A stretch of 64,000 nucleotides of DNA from sequence record OP795442; one strand, written 5' to 3'. Position 1 is the stretch's first letter; each line of letters opens with the position of its first letter. Positions 9,749 through 18,314 of the stretch are shown here, piece by piece. The notes beneath the pieces are model-generated. The model saw nothing but the letters and a program-made list of their open reading frames with translations, did no database searches and was not told the origin of the DNA. Source of the stretch: Escherichia phage A7_1. The position numbers were made by a program, and so were the translations under genes.

Positions 9749-9930
9749 AATTTAAGACTCCTGCCACCGTGCCCCATCCATACTGTGTCATTCCTGCATA
9801 CCTGCACCACTAGATCAACTTAGTTGATGCCCCTCTTACAGACTCACCCTCCAGATTCAATACGTTACTGCTCCACTATACATACGATACAAAGCAAACA
9901 TACGACACTCATGACCAGAATAATTTGAGA

Positions 9931-10094
9931 ACTTGAGAGGTTTTTCATTTTTGAGATCGTAACCTGAAAACTGTGCACGAGAACTTGAGAGGTTTTTCGA
10001 TACAGGGATTAGGAACTTGAGAGCTTTTTCATTTTTGAGTTTGCATTTGAACTTGAGAACTTGAGCTACAGGCCAGATACTTGAGAGGTTTTTC
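9931..10094. repeat. five iteron-like direct repeats ACTTGAGAG(G/C)TTTTTC
   Basis: copies at 9931, 9983, 10015, 10051 (degenerate), 10079; irregular 30-50 bp spacing. Confidence 0.75.
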
Positions 10095-10451
10095 AAATTT
10101 CAGTTTCATTTCAAAATTGAAAAATTTTTCATAAGCATAAAAGTATAGAGGTTGTCAAGGTCTTTGATAAGAAATTTTTCAGGGGGTGAGAATTATTCTC
10201 ATTTGCAAAATAGCGGGCAGGGGTGGTGATTGCCTCGTGAAACCGTCCTCATCACCGTGAATATATAATAGCACCGTTTTTGATTCGAAAGCAACAACAT
10301 TTTAAAAATATTTTTCGGTAAATTTTAGGCGAGCTACCAGCGATTATAGCTATCGATGCCCTTCGGCTATCATCACCCAAGTTTAACGCCGTTGGTAGGC
10401 GATTGTTTTCCTATGTAGGCATTATGGCCCCTGGCGGGGCCGTTGTCAACA

Positions 10452-10730
10452 TTATTTTTTATCTTCTTGCCAGGTAAGAACGCCTAACCAAAAATACACG
10501 TCGCCCTTAGCGTTCGGCGGTATCTTGCTTTCTTTCCCGCCAGCACACGCCCAAAGGTAACCATCGGTAAACGTATCAAGGTAGTCCATATCTTCCACCT
10601 TTCGATCCGCCAGGTTAAGGATAGTATTAACGTCTAAGCCTGTTGCGCTTGCTACCTGGTAGACCGTGCCACCTTGCCAGCCTAACGAGTGCATAAGATG
10701 CAAAGTAGTAGTAGTGGTGATGGTAGTCAT
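10452..10730 (-). CDS. hypothetical protein (antisense to flanking blocks)
   Basis: 92 aa ORF; GGCCCC-TGGC-GGGGCC hairpin just downstream. Confidence 0.45.
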   Translation of the reverse strand: MTTITTTTTLHLMHSLGWQGGTVYQVASATGLDVNTILNLADRKVEDMDYLDTFTDGYLWACAGGKESKIPPNAKGDVYFWLGVLTWQEDKK

Positions 10731-10841
10731 AGTATCGCCCTTTCTTCTGTTGTGCGCCCTGGTTGGCGCGGTAAAAAGACTATAAATGATCTTCCTTTAT
10801 ATGGCAAGGAAAAAGAAAATTAAAAAAGATTGAAAATAATG

Positions 10842-10870
10842 TTGACGTGGTGAATCTGGTAGCGTAGTAT
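10842..10870 (+). promoter_or_regulatory. sigma70-like early promoter TTGACG-N17-TAGTAT
   Basis: hexamers read directly. Confidence 0.5.
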
Positions 10871-10927
10871 TCATCTCATCGAACGGCGACATGCCAACAA
10901 GTAAACAAATAAAAGGGCAACAACAAA

Positions 10928-11113
10928 ATGAATAAAAGAATTACAAACGTAAATCCTGGCGAACGTTTCCAACATGAGGGGCATTTGCACACTGTAGTAA
11001 GCAACAAAGAGCATACTGTAAGAGTAAATAGAAATATCTTGCAACTTCGCGATCGTTTTGGTATCGTACAGACTTACACTTTCGAAGCAAATAAAACAGT
11101 TAAAACTTTCTGA
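10928..11113 (+). CDS. hypothetical small protein
   Basis: 61 aa ORF. Confidence 0.45.
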   Translation: MNKRITNVNPGERFQHEGHLHTVVSNKEHTVRVNRNILQLRDRFGIVQTYTFEANKTVKTF

Positions 11114-11124
11114 GGATTTTTAAA

Positions 11125-11460
11125 ATGGCACTAGTCACTAAGTATTTCATTGAAGGCCAGCAAGCGGCGCAACAAGGTTACAGCCGTGTTACTCGTTACA
11201 AGAAAGAAGAAAACAAGATTGAATTTTTCAAGGGTTACGATAGTGTAAACCGTGATGCAATGGTCCTACGCTTCGAATCCGATCCAGTGGGCAAGCCTGT
11301 TACCTCTTACCAGGCATCACCGCAGATTGTTTATGTTGGTACTGTTAAAGAATGTAACGACAAGTTAATCACTTTGAAGCAGGCCGATCGTGCGGGTTAC
11401 TTTGTTGTTTACACTGCTGACGGTAAGCCTTACCAGTACGAAAGCAAATATTTTAAATAA
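11125..11460 (+). CDS. hypothetical protein
   Basis: 111 aa ORF. Confidence 0.55.
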   Translation: MALVTKYFIEGQQAAQQGYSRVTRYKKEENKIEFFKGYDSVNRDAMVLRFESDPVGKPVTSYQASPQIVYVGTVKECNDKLITLKQADRAGYFVVYTADGKPYQYESKYFK

Positions 11461-11466
11461 AAAGTA

Positions 11467-11495
11467 TTGACAGAAAGAAAGAAGTAAATTAAATT
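11467..11495 (+). promoter_or_regulatory. early promoter TTGACA-N17-TAAATT + 5' hairpin
   Basis: followed by GCCGCA-ATCG-TGCGGC hairpin. Confidence 0.45.
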
Positions 11496-11550
11496 ATACC
11501 ACGTAACGCCGCAATCGTGCGGCAATAAAAACTGATAGGAATTGAACAAA

Positions 11551-11763
11551 ATGGCTAAAATCATCATTAAAAAATCCCGTGTATCTTCTGTTGCTCGCGT
11601 CGAAATGGTAAACACTATGCCAGGTTACCGGACTCGCGAGGAAGCCCGAAGCGTTGCAAAACAGATTAAAGCCCGTGGCTTAACTGTAAGTGCACCGACC
11701 AAAACACAAGAAGGATGGAAGGTATCTATTAAATCCGGTACACTGTCAATCAATAAACACTAA
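11551..11763 (+). CDS. hypothetical small basic protein
   Basis: ATG 11551 (track start 11542 is TTG); 70 aa. Confidence 0.5.
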   Translation: MAKIIIKKSRVSSVARVEMVNTMPGYRTREEARSVAKQIKARGLTVSAPTKTQEGWKVSIKSGTLSINKH

Positions 11764-11825
11764 TAGCCAAAACATTAACGGGGCAACTTTGCCCTCATTA
11801 AATAACATTATCCAGGAGTATTAAC

Positions 11826-11984
11826 ATGACTAGCCAAAACACTAACATTGAAAAAATCAACATTACTAAAGAGCGTAAAGCATGGAATGAAACATTAAAT
11901 CTCAAAGGTAAGAAGCTGAATAAAACTAAACGCGATCGCAGTACAAAGCGGGCCTTTTGTGAATTTACAGCGGATCAAGAGTGA
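11826..11984 (+). CDS. hypothetical small basic protein
   Basis: 52 aa, below track cutoff; SD AGGAG. Confidence 0.4.
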   Translation: MTSQNTNIEKINITKERKAWNETLNLKGKKLNKTKRDRSTKRAFCEFTADQE

Positions 11985-12175
11985 TGATTAAAGTTATTGC
12001 ACTTACTGCTTTATTGTGTATACCATTTTTGGCGCACGGTACTAAGTTTTACGGTGCTAACTTGATAGATTGTAAAGCTCATATGCTGGACCATGAAACA
12101 GGCAACAAATTTCTTAAGCCTTTCCAGATCAATCCAGCGGCATTTAGTGACCGGTGTTTTGTATCAGGAAGGTAA
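11984..12175 (+). CDS. hypothetical small protein with N-terminal signal-like helix
   Basis: ATG overlaps upstream TGA; MIKVIALTALLCIPFLAHG. Confidence 0.4.
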   Translation: MIKVIALTALLCIPFLAHGTKFYGANLIDCKAHMLDHETGNKFLKPFQINPAAFSDRCFVSGR

Positions 12176-12288
12176 AGCCAGTACGCTGATAATGCATTAC
12201 GATCCGACAACAAAGAAAGGTAGTCTATCAATCCAGGTTGGAGAGGTGGAAGAGTTTTCCGGTGAAATAGTCTGTAATTAATATCTTG

Positions 12289-12320
12289 AGGCCCGTCATT
12301 GTACGGGCCTTTTTCTTTTA
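12289..12320 (+). terminator. rho-independent terminator
   Basis: AGGCCCG..CGGGCCT hairpin + TTTTCTTTT. Confidence 0.6.
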
Positions 12321-12343
12321 TGAAAATAATTTTGAAAATGTTG

Positions 12344-12371
12344 TTGACAGTAAAATCGATTCTGTTAAGAT
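12344..12371 (+). promoter_or_regulatory. early promoter TTGACA-N16-TAAGAT + hairpin
   Basis: followed by GTATCACAT and ACGGGGA..TCCCCGT hairpin. Confidence 0.5.
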
Positions 12372-12470
12372 GTATCACATCAGGACGGGGAACGAAGTAA
12401 ACACTCCCCGTTAAGTAGTCCAGGAGTAAGACATACGAAAAACTCCCCTGATAAAAAGATTTAAAAGTGG

Positions 12471-12498
12471 TTGACACAAAATTAAAAACTGTTAAGAT
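12471..12498 (+). promoter_or_regulatory. early promoter TTGACA-N16-TAAGAT + hairpin
   Basis: followed by GTATCACAT and GGCGGCAATAGTGCCGCC hairpin (12510-12527). Confidence 0.55.
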
Positions 12499-12547
12499 GT
12501 ATCACATACGGCGGCAATAGTGCCGCCTCCAACAAAGAGAAATTATC

Positions 12548-12799
12548 ATGGCTAACAAAACTAAAACCACTAAAACTTATAACGGTCACAAAAACAAAAA
12601 TCATTGGAACGTTTCTCTATGGCTTAACAATGATTCATCACTTTACCAGCTGGCGAAAGAATTTATTAACGCTAACACTAATCGTAATGATGCGGCGCGG
12701 GATATGATGATTTTTCTGGAACAAACTGGACAATATAAAACTCCAGACGGTTTCAAGTACAGCACTACGGCGATCCGTGCTGCAATGGTTGGAATGTAA
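12548..12799 (+). CDS. hypothetical protein, paralogue of 14366..14605
   Basis: 83 aa; shares HKNK.HWNVSLW and C-terminal TPDGFKYSTTAIRAAMVGM with 14366..14605. Confidence 0.6.
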   Translation: MANKTKTTKTYNGHKNKNHWNVSLWLNNDSSLYQLAKEFINANTNRNDAARDMMIFLEQTGQYKTPDGFKYSTTAIRAAMVGM

Positions 12800-12855
12800 T
12801 ATTCAATACTGTAACAATGGCGGGATTAGTTCCCGCCTTTGCGGAGAAATATCTA

Positions 12856-13143
12856 ATGAGCAAAGTAATTGACTGTAAAGTGTTAACCAAATCATTGTCA
12901 ATCAGTGAGTGCACCAATGGTTATTGGCTTTATGATGAAACACGCGGCATGAATCTAGCTATGGAAGCTAAAACGGCTGAGGCGGCGTATGTGCAAGCCC
13001 TGGAATACTACCAGAGACGTTTAAAGGAAGTAGAAAACAATTATCAGAATCTCAAAGAGAAAGTAGATCATTTCGTTGGTCAATTCGTTGACGATGACGA
13101 GGAAGACGGGCACTACTGCAACCGCTGCGGATCTTACAGTTAA
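12856..13143 (+). CDS. hypothetical protein
   Basis: ATG 12856 with SD GGAGAAA; track start 12817 lies in hairpin element. Confidence 0.5.
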   Translation: MSKVIDCKVLTKSLSISECTNGYWLYDETRGMNLAMEAKTAEAAYVQALEYYQRRLKEVENNYQNLKEKVDHFVGQFVDDDEEDGHYCNRCGSYS

Positions 13144-13147
13144 GTAC

Positions 13148-13175
13148 TTGCAATTAGTTTTAAGTACTGTATAAT
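13148..13175 (+). promoter_or_regulatory. early promoter TTGCAA-N16-TATAAT + hairpin
   Basis: followed by GCGGGAATAGTTCCCGC hairpin. Confidence 0.5.
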
Positions 13176-13229
13176 GTTTTACATCGAGAGCGGGAATAGT
13201 TCCCGCCTCACATCAAAGAGATTAAAATT

Positions 13230-13457
13230 ATGGCTATCCTTATTGTTCGTGTATCCGGTACAGTTGGTAACTCCCAGGTTGTAGCAGTTGTAACAAGCAA
13301 AAAGATTAATGAATCTTCTAAAATCTTGAACGAATGGGCCGTTGCTAACTTTGGTCAATGGTCGAGCGTCGAGTATCTCGAATCTTACCAGGTGCCAACT
13401 ATTAGCCTAACCGATCTCAATGTTGATCGCCTGTTATGCCTGGATGAATTGATTTAA
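13230..13457 (+). CDS. hypothetical protein
   Basis: 75 aa ORF. Confidence 0.5.
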   Translation: MAILIVRVSGTVGNSQVVAVVTSKKINESSKILNEWAVANFGQWSSVEYLESYQVPTISLTDLNVDRLLCLDELI

Positions 13458-13464
13458 AAAGTAG

Positions 13465-13492
13465 TTGCAAAGTAAAACGAATAAAGTATAAT
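13465..13492 (+). promoter_or_regulatory. early promoter TTGCAA-N16-TATAAT + hairpin
   Basis: followed by GGGGGAGAAATGATTCTCCCC hairpin. Confidence 0.5.
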
Positions 13493-13541
13493 ACATTACA
13501 TCAGGGGGAGAAATGATTCTCCCCACTAAAAGGAAACTAAA

Positions 13542-13685
13542 ATGAAAACTTGTCAGTGTGGTAAAAAGTCTATTGCTGGTCTGCGTCGCGGTGTTGCTTT
13601 ATGCCAGTATCATTACAATAGTCAAGTATGGGGTAAAACGTGGGCTGACCAGGTTGAAGCAGCAAAGAAAGCAAAAAGTAATTGA
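13542..13685 (+). CDS. hypothetical small Cys-containing protein
   Basis: 47 aa below track cutoff; SD AAAAGGAAA; CQCG...LCQYH. Confidence 0.4.
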   Translation: MKTCQCGKKSIAGLRRGVALCQYHYNSQVWGKTWADQVEAAKKAKSN

Positions 13686-13709
13686 CAGCAAGAAGAAAAA
13701 GAGTAAACT
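13682..13709 (+). promoter_or_regulatory. early promoter TTGACA-N16-TAAACT + hairpin
   Basis: followed by GTATTACGTAG and GGCGGCAATAGCGCCGCC. Confidence 0.5.
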
Positions 13710-13762
13710 GTATTACGTAGGGCGGCAATAGCGCCGCCACATCAAAGATAGAGAGAATCAAA

Positions 13763-13981
13763 ATGGCCAATATCCGCACTGTACTGAAAAATGCAAAACA
13801 AGTTTTATTTTCTGACGATGAATATTTTAATCGCAATATCAAAGGCGTTCGGAACATTGAGGATGTAAAGGAATTATTTGGAATCAAAGGTAACGTATAT
13901 CGTAAAGGATTGCACGGTAATAATTTTGAATATAAGTTGGCTGATAGTGATTATAATTTTACACTGACCACCATTAGTTGA
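13763..13981 (+). CDS. hypothetical protein
   Basis: 72 aa ORF. Confidence 0.55.
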   Translation: MANIRTVLKNAKQVLFSDDEYFNRNIKGVRNIEDVKELFGIKGNVYRKGLHGNNFEYKLADSDYNFTLTTIS

Positions 13982-14000
13982 AAGTTTTAACCTAGCGCTA

Positions 14001-14029
14001 TTGACTTAAGCCGATAGTGCTGGCATAAT
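14001..14029 (+). promoter_or_regulatory. early promoter TTGACT-N17-CATAAT
   Basis: hexamers read directly. Confidence 0.5.
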
Positions 14030-14061
14030 AACTTTTATCAAGAACATCAAAGGAAAGTAAA

Positions 14062-14274
14062 ATGGCTATCATTACTAAAATCAAAGTAAACAAAACACTG
14101 GTTAAGCTGGAAGAAGTGAAAGCAGGTTATAAAGTATCTTGGTGTGGCATGTATCGGATGTTCACAGATATAGACGATGCAATCAATTACTACACTAACA
14201 CGATTAAAAACTTTGTTCGTGCTGATGTGATTATTGCAGTGGAAGCACATAAAGCATCGAAAGAAAGTAAGTAA
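14062..14274 (+). CDS. hypothetical protein
   Basis: 70 aa ORF. Confidence 0.55.
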   Translation: MAIITKIKVNKTLVKLEEVKAGYKVSWCGMYRMFTDIDDAINYYTNTIKNFVRADVIIAVEAHKASKESK

Positions 14275-14293
14275 AATTATTACCACAGTACTA

Positions 14294-14322
14294 TTGACAA
14301 CTACTGATAGTACTGACATAAT
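14294..14322 (+). promoter_or_regulatory. early promoter TTGACA-N17-CATAAT
   Basis: near-duplicate of promoter at 14001. Confidence 0.5.
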
Positions 14323-14365
14323 AACTTTTATCAAGTAGTACAAATCAAAAAGAGAGAATATCATC

Positions 14366-14605
14366 ATGGCTAAATCTAAAACTTTCAACGATCACAAAAA
14401 CAAAACTCATTGGAATGTTTCCTTGTGGATTAATAATGGTGAAGCACTGTATCGGCTTGCTCAAAATTGCATTGCACAAAGTAAAACTAAAGATATTGCT
14501 GCGGAATGTATGTACCGCAGATTAAAAGCGAACGGCACTACAACAACGCCGGACGGATTTAAGTATAGCACCACTGCGATCCGTGCCGCGATGGTTGGAA
14601 TGTAA
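14366..14605 (+). CDS. hypothetical protein, paralogue of 12548..12799
   Basis: 79 aa; identical C-terminal 19 residues to 12548..12799 product. Confidence 0.6.
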   Translation: MAKSKTFNDHKNKTHWNVSLWINNGEALYRLAQNCIAQSKTKDIAAECMYRRLKANGTTTTPDGFKYSTTAIRAAMVGM

Positions 14606-14624
14606 AAAGAAAAAGTAAAAGTAG

Positions 14625-14653
14625 TTGACACAAAGAAACAAAACAAGTAAATT
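14625..14653 (+). promoter_or_regulatory. early promoter TTGACA-N17-TAAATT + hairpin
   Basis: followed by ATCACATCAG and GCGGGGAATGGCCCCGC. Confidence 0.5.
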
Positions 14654-14703
14654 AATCACATCAGGCGGGGAATGGCCCCGCTAAAAGAGAAGAGAGAAAT
14701 CAA

Positions 14704-15036
14704 ATGAGCTTTTTATCTATCGTGCAGACTAACTTTGAAAATGATTTTATTGCTCAAGCTATCAACATTGACAAAGGTATCCCAAATATCAATTTTGGTT
14801 TTAATAGTGGTGGTTATGAGAGATACCAGTATTTTGTAACTGACGATGGAAGTGTTTTAGGTATCAATACGGTGATGGCTAATATCCAAAACATTAATTT
14901 CAATGATCCCGATGAGCGCTCATTCTATATCGTCGGTATCCAGGTGAACTACAATGATGACTCTTTAATCGATGATTACACTGGCGAGACGTTAGAGAGT
15001 GCTTACGGTGATGAATCAGAAGAAGAAGAAGAATAA
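14704..15036 (+). CDS. hypothetical acidic protein
   Basis: 110 aa; C-terminal poly-Glu from (GAA)5. Confidence 0.55.
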   Translation: MSFLSIVQTNFENDFIAQAINIDKGIPNINFGFNSGGYERYQYFVTDDGSVLGINTVMANIQNINFNDPDERSFYIVGIQVNYNDDSLIDDYTGETLESAYGDESEEEEE

Positions 15037-15050
15037 GATTAAAAAAGTAG

Positions 15051-15079
15051 TTGACTGAAAGAGTATAAAGAAGTAAGAT
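15051..15079 (+). promoter_or_regulatory. early promoter TTGACT-N17-TAAGAT + hairpin
   Basis: followed by GGGGGAAACATCTTCCCCC. Confidence 0.5.
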
Positions 15080-15136
15080 AATTAACGAATAGGGGGAAAC
15101 ATCTTCCCCCATAAACAAAAGAAAGAGAGATTAAAA

Positions 15137-15319
15137 ATGACAGAACTGATTGCAACTACAAAGATCGAAGGCGTTAACGATGTTACTTTGTCCTATGATC
15201 CTTCTACTCTGGTTTATGTTGTGAAATATGGCAGAATGATCGCAGAACTTGATTGCATTGATGAGGCTTTCGAAAAATATTTCGAACTTATCAATATTGC
15301 TTATGATGACTACCGTTAA
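15137..15319 (+). CDS. hypothetical protein
   Basis: 60 aa ORF. Confidence 0.5.
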   Translation: MTELIATTKIEGVNDVTLSYDPSTLVYVVKYGRMIAELDCIDEAFEKYFELINIAYDDYR

Positions 15320-15349
15320 TATACAACGCAAAAATAGAAAGGTGATAAA

Positions 15350-15559
15350 ATGATCAATGAAAAAACAATCAATGACGTTCGAGAGGAAGTTTTAGCCGTT
15401 GCCGTAGAATCTGGCGCACGTCAGGCATTTTGGAAAGCTACTGATCTTTACCCTGAGCAAGCCGAAAATATTCTCAATCAGGTCAGCGTTAAACTTGAAA
15501 AAATGGGAAAACTGAAAACAAGTGAGCGCCTCGACCAAATCATTAAAGAAAGTTTTTGA
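15350..15559 (+). CDS. hypothetical protein
   Basis: 69 aa ORF, SD AAAGGTGA. Confidence 0.5.
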   Translation: MINEKTINDVREEVLAVAVESGARQAFWKATDLYPEQAENILNQVSVKLEKMGKLKTSERLDQIIKESF

Positions 15560-15588
15560 TTGACTTTTAACATTGCCCCTATTAGTAT
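15560..15588 (+). promoter_or_regulatory. early promoter TTGACT-N17-TAGTAT with hairpin overlapping -10
   Basis: GCCCCT..AGGGGC stem-loop 15575-15596. Confidence 0.45.
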
Positions 15589-15623
15589 TCAGGGGCAAGA
15601 TTAAAAGAAACAAGGACACAAAG

Positions 15624-15935
15624 ATGAATGATATTGTTAGCATCATAGGTTTACTCGGCATAGGTTACATCGCCACATCAATTACAATGAGTTACTTCAA
15701 TAAAAGGCGTGATAAAATGTTTTGTTACTTTGAATACCGTTACCGTGGTAAGGTTGGATCATCCCGTGACTATGGTCCGATGTTAGAGATTGATGCGGTA
15801 GGAGCAATGCAGTATCGCCAGTCACTTGGGGCTGAGATAATTTTTGAAGTGTACCGCAGTACAGAAGAAGAGATCCACGACATTATTGACGAGCGTCAAT
15901 ATTACCACGAACAACAAACTAAACGCAGGGCTTAA
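15624..15935 (+). CDS. hypothetical membrane protein
   Basis: ATG 15624 (SD AAGGA); N-terminal hydrophobic helix; track start 15573 lies in promoter. Confidence 0.5.
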   Translation: MNDIVSIIGLLGIGYIATSITMSYFNKRRDKMFCYFEYRYRGKVGSSRDYGPMLEIDAVGAMQYRQSLGAEIIFEVYRSTEEEIHDIIDERQYYHEQQTKRRA

Positions 15936-16085
15936 CATATGACTAATACAAACCGACAAAAAATCATCAAAACTAAAAAACTTGATTTCAATACTTATCA
16001 AGAATGTAAGAAGAAGAAAGTAAAAGATAAGCGAGAGAACAAGCGGCACGAATGGATCACTAATACAATCGATCTTTAACAATCA

Positions 16086-16115
16086 AGGCCCGCTATAATG
16101 TGGGCCTTTCTTTAT
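16086..16115 (+). terminator. rho-independent terminator
   Basis: AGGCCCGC..GTGGGCCT hairpin + TTCTTTA. Confidence 0.55.
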
Positions 16116-16126
16116 GGAGAACAGAC

Positions 16127-16354
16127 ATGATTAATATTCTTTCACTTACAGAAGTGATCCGCTTCCTCAAAAACAACGCCCTGGGAACGTCTATAGCGTA
16201 TCTAATCCCTCAAGGTAAAGATTATGCCAGCGTTACACGTTCAATCACTGCTACGGCTTCCAGGGAAGAAATAAAGGTCAGCGTAAGCCAATTGTTGATT
16301 GTTGATCCATCATCTTGCGAGACTATCCAGGCAGTAAAGATAATTAGAAAATAA
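16127..16354 (+). CDS. hypothetical protein
   Basis: ATG 16127 with SD GGAGAA. Confidence 0.5.
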   Translation: MINILSLTEVIRFLKNNALGTSIAYLIPQGKDYASVTRSITATASREEIKVSVSQLLIVDPSSCETIQAVKIIRK

Positions 16355-16367
16355 TTTAAAAAACTTC

Positions 16368-16396
16368 TTGCATCCATTATTGAGAGGATGTATATT
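16368..16396 (+). promoter_or_regulatory. early promoter TTGCAT-N17-TATATT
   Basis: hexamers read directly. Confidence 0.45.
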
Positions 16397-16440
16397 AGTT
16401 TCATCAAGACGAAATGATGATAATCAAAAGGTGATTGCTA

Positions 16441-16733
16441 TGTTATACGAAGTTTTTGCAGGTTTCTGTTTTTATGGTGCTGCCGCCGTTCGCCAGTGTG
16501 ATGATTATGTAGTTGAATCATTCGATGATCCTTTGGCGTGTGAGATTGTTACTACGGCGTATGAGCAAGATCGCCGTTGGATTAATCCGGCCTGTATCGC
16601 ATCGCCTGAGGTTGAACCTATGCCGGAAGGTGAGGAATTAACAGAGGAAGACTTGCAAGAAGTAAAAGAAGTTATGAGCTACATGATTGATAATCTGGAC
16701 GCTGAAAACTTACAACGTGCATTGCAAAAATAA
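16441..16733 (+). CDS. hypothetical acidic protein
   Basis: ATG 16441 with SD AAGGTGA. Confidence 0.5.
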
Positions 16734-16748
16734 TTTAAAAAAAAGTAG

Positions 16749-16777
16749 TTGACTCGAAGAAACAAAACAAGTAAATT
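16749..16777 (+). promoter_or_regulatory. early promoter TTGACT-N17-TAAATT + hairpin
   Basis: near-copy of promoter at 14625 incl. GCGGGGAATGGCCCCGC. Confidence 0.5.
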
Positions 16778-16821
16778 ATTCACATCAGGCGGGGAATGGC
16801 CCCGCTGAACAAAAAGAGATT

Positions 16822-17202
16822 ATGAAAATGGCTAAAAATACTAACGTTTGTGATTACGCTGATCTGGTTACTCTGAATGCAGATTCTAAAATCAACCTGT
16901 CAAACGTGGAAGCGGTGCACGTCCTGGCCCGCCGCTGGTTCCAAAAGTTATATGGTAATACTTATTTCTCTTTAAGTGTAGATGTGGAGATCGCTGGTAA
17001 ATTGGTAGAAGTAGTTAACGTCCCGTTTACATATGGTTATGGTGATCATTTCGATACCGTGGCACTGGAAGAATTTAGCAAGGTTATCAACATGGAAGGA
17101 AAAGAGTTTTCAGAGTATAGTTACCTTTCCCGTTTTTGCCGTGACAATAACATCCCTGTTTATTCGAACGCTGTTGATGTTAAACGCAAAAAAGATATGT
17201 AA
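16822..17202 (+). CDS. hypothetical protein
   Basis: 126 aa ORF. Confidence 0.6.
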   Translation: MKMAKNTNVCDYADLVTLNADSKINLSNVEAVHVLARRWFQKLYGNTYFSLSVDVEIAGKLVEVVNVPFTYGYGDHFDTVALEEFSKVINMEGKEFSEYSYLSRFCRDNNIPVYSNAVDVKRKKDM

Positions 17203-17208
17203 TTATTA

Positions 17209-17236
17209 TTGACAGTACATAGAAAACAAGTAAACG
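17209..17236 (+). promoter_or_regulatory. early promoter TTGACA-N16-TAAACG + hairpin
   Basis: followed by GTATTACATAG and GCGGGAACACTTCCCGC. Confidence 0.45.
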
Positions 17237-17289
17237 GTATTACATAGAAAGCGGGAACACTTCCCGCTTATATTCCAGGAGTAAGAGAA

Positions 17290-17541
17290 ATGATCGAACA
17301 AATCAAAACTACGACGGCTAATGTAACGGGTACAATATCGCACTTTATTAGTGATGAATCGCGGGGCGTTCCTTATTGTGCAGTACATGTAAACAAAAAT
17401 GGCGACTACTGGTTAACGGCGTATGGATCTTATTCTTTCGGACGTAGTGCACACCAAAAGATCCTGGATAAAGTACAACCAACGGGTAAAAATATTACCG
17501 CTGAGATGTTTAATAAATCACTTGCAAAGTTAAAAGCGTAA
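17290..17541 (+). CDS. hypothetical protein
   Basis: 83 aa, SD CCAGGAG. Confidence 0.55.
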   Translation: MIEQIKTTTANVTGTISHFISDESRGVPYCAVHVNKNGDYWLTAYGSYSFGRSAHQKILDKVQPTGKNITAEMFNKSLAKLKA

Positions 17542-17549
17542 AGTATAAT
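17522..17549 (+). promoter_or_regulatory. early promoter TTGCAA-N16-TATAAT + hairpin
   Basis: overlaps end of upstream CDS; followed by GGCGGGGAGTGTTTCCCCGCC. Confidence 0.45.
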
Positions 17550-17602
17550 ACATCACATCAGGCGGGGAGTGTTTCCCCGCCACAAAATGAAAGGCCAACA
17601 AA

Positions 17603-17782
17603 ATGAAATCAAGCATGATGGTAGCGACTGTAAACATTATCATTGGTAACGGAACTGGACACCACGAAATCATAAAAAACAAGGCTTACTCTATTAGCTC
17701 CCTCAAAAACGACATGCGTTTATCTTTGGGCCAAATCCGCGCTTACTTTCGTGAAGGCTATCAGAAAAAAGTAGCAAATTAA
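17603..17782 (+). CDS. hypothetical small protein
   Basis: 59 aa, just below track cutoff. Confidence 0.4.
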   Translation: MKSSMMVATVNIIIGNGTGHHEIIKNKAYSISSLKNDMRLSLGQIRAYFREGYQKKVAN

Positions 17783-17785
17783 TAG

Positions 17786-17814
17786 TTGACGCAAAGGTCA
17801 TTTTAATTTAATCT
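17786..17814 (+). promoter_or_regulatory. promoter-like TTGACG-N17-TAATCT
   Basis: hexamers read directly. Confidence 0.35.
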
Positions 17815-17842
17815 ATAACAAATCGACAAATGAGGCATAATC

Positions 17843-18145
17843 ATGTTTACCAAAGCAAATGAGTATTTCTTTTTAGATTTACTTGATGAAAGTATCTTTG
17901 TAGCTATGGGCAAAAAGTCAATGGTCTTTAAACGCAAAAAAGATAATGGTGACTTTGAAGATAGCGAAGCCGTGCTAACAGTCAAGGAAGGTAAAGATCC
18001 TGCAACGTCTGTTTTAATCTACACCTTGACCAACGGCGGTGAAGTTATCGCATCAGGGAGTAGCCATCCGATCCCAAAATCGGAAGTGAACACTGTAATT
18101 ATTGGTTTTGTTGCAGCTTGTTTCTACGAGGAAAAAAGCAAATGA
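17843..18145 (+). CDS. hypothetical protein
   Basis: 100 aa ORF. Confidence 0.55.
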   Translation: MFTKANEYFFLDLLDESIFVAMGKKSMVFKRKKDNGDFEDSEAVLTVKEGKDPATSVLIYTLTNGGEVIASGSSHPIPKSEVNTVIIGFVAACFYEEKSK

Positions 18146-18306
18146 ATCCGCAAAATTTATCTTATGTAAACTGGCCCAATAAGGCTGAGAAGAAAGAAAA
18201 CTTGAAACGTCTGGTTAACTTTTATCGTGAAGCTGGTCATAGTAAAGTAACAGCGGTTAAAATGGCAAAGCGCCACCTTAACAAGCCAAGTACTAAACTA
18301 ATTTAA
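18142..18306 (+). CDS. hypothetical small basic protein
   Basis: ATG 18142 with SD GAGGAAAA. Confidence 0.45.
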   Translation: MNPQNLSYVNWPNKAEKKENLKRLVNFYREAGHSKVTAVKMAKRHLNKPSTKLI

Positions 18307-18314
18307 AAAACTTG

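Noticed and set aside
9931-10094. CRISPR array interpretation of the ACTTGAGAGGTTTTTC repeats
   Set aside because: Repeats only 16 bp, spacing irregular (30-50 bp), spacers partly self-similar, no cas genes; iteron-type repeats fit better.
13570-13887. Minus-strand ORF 13570..13887 (105 aa)
   Set aside because: Antisense to two promoter-driven plus-strand small genes and crosses a family promoter; no SD.
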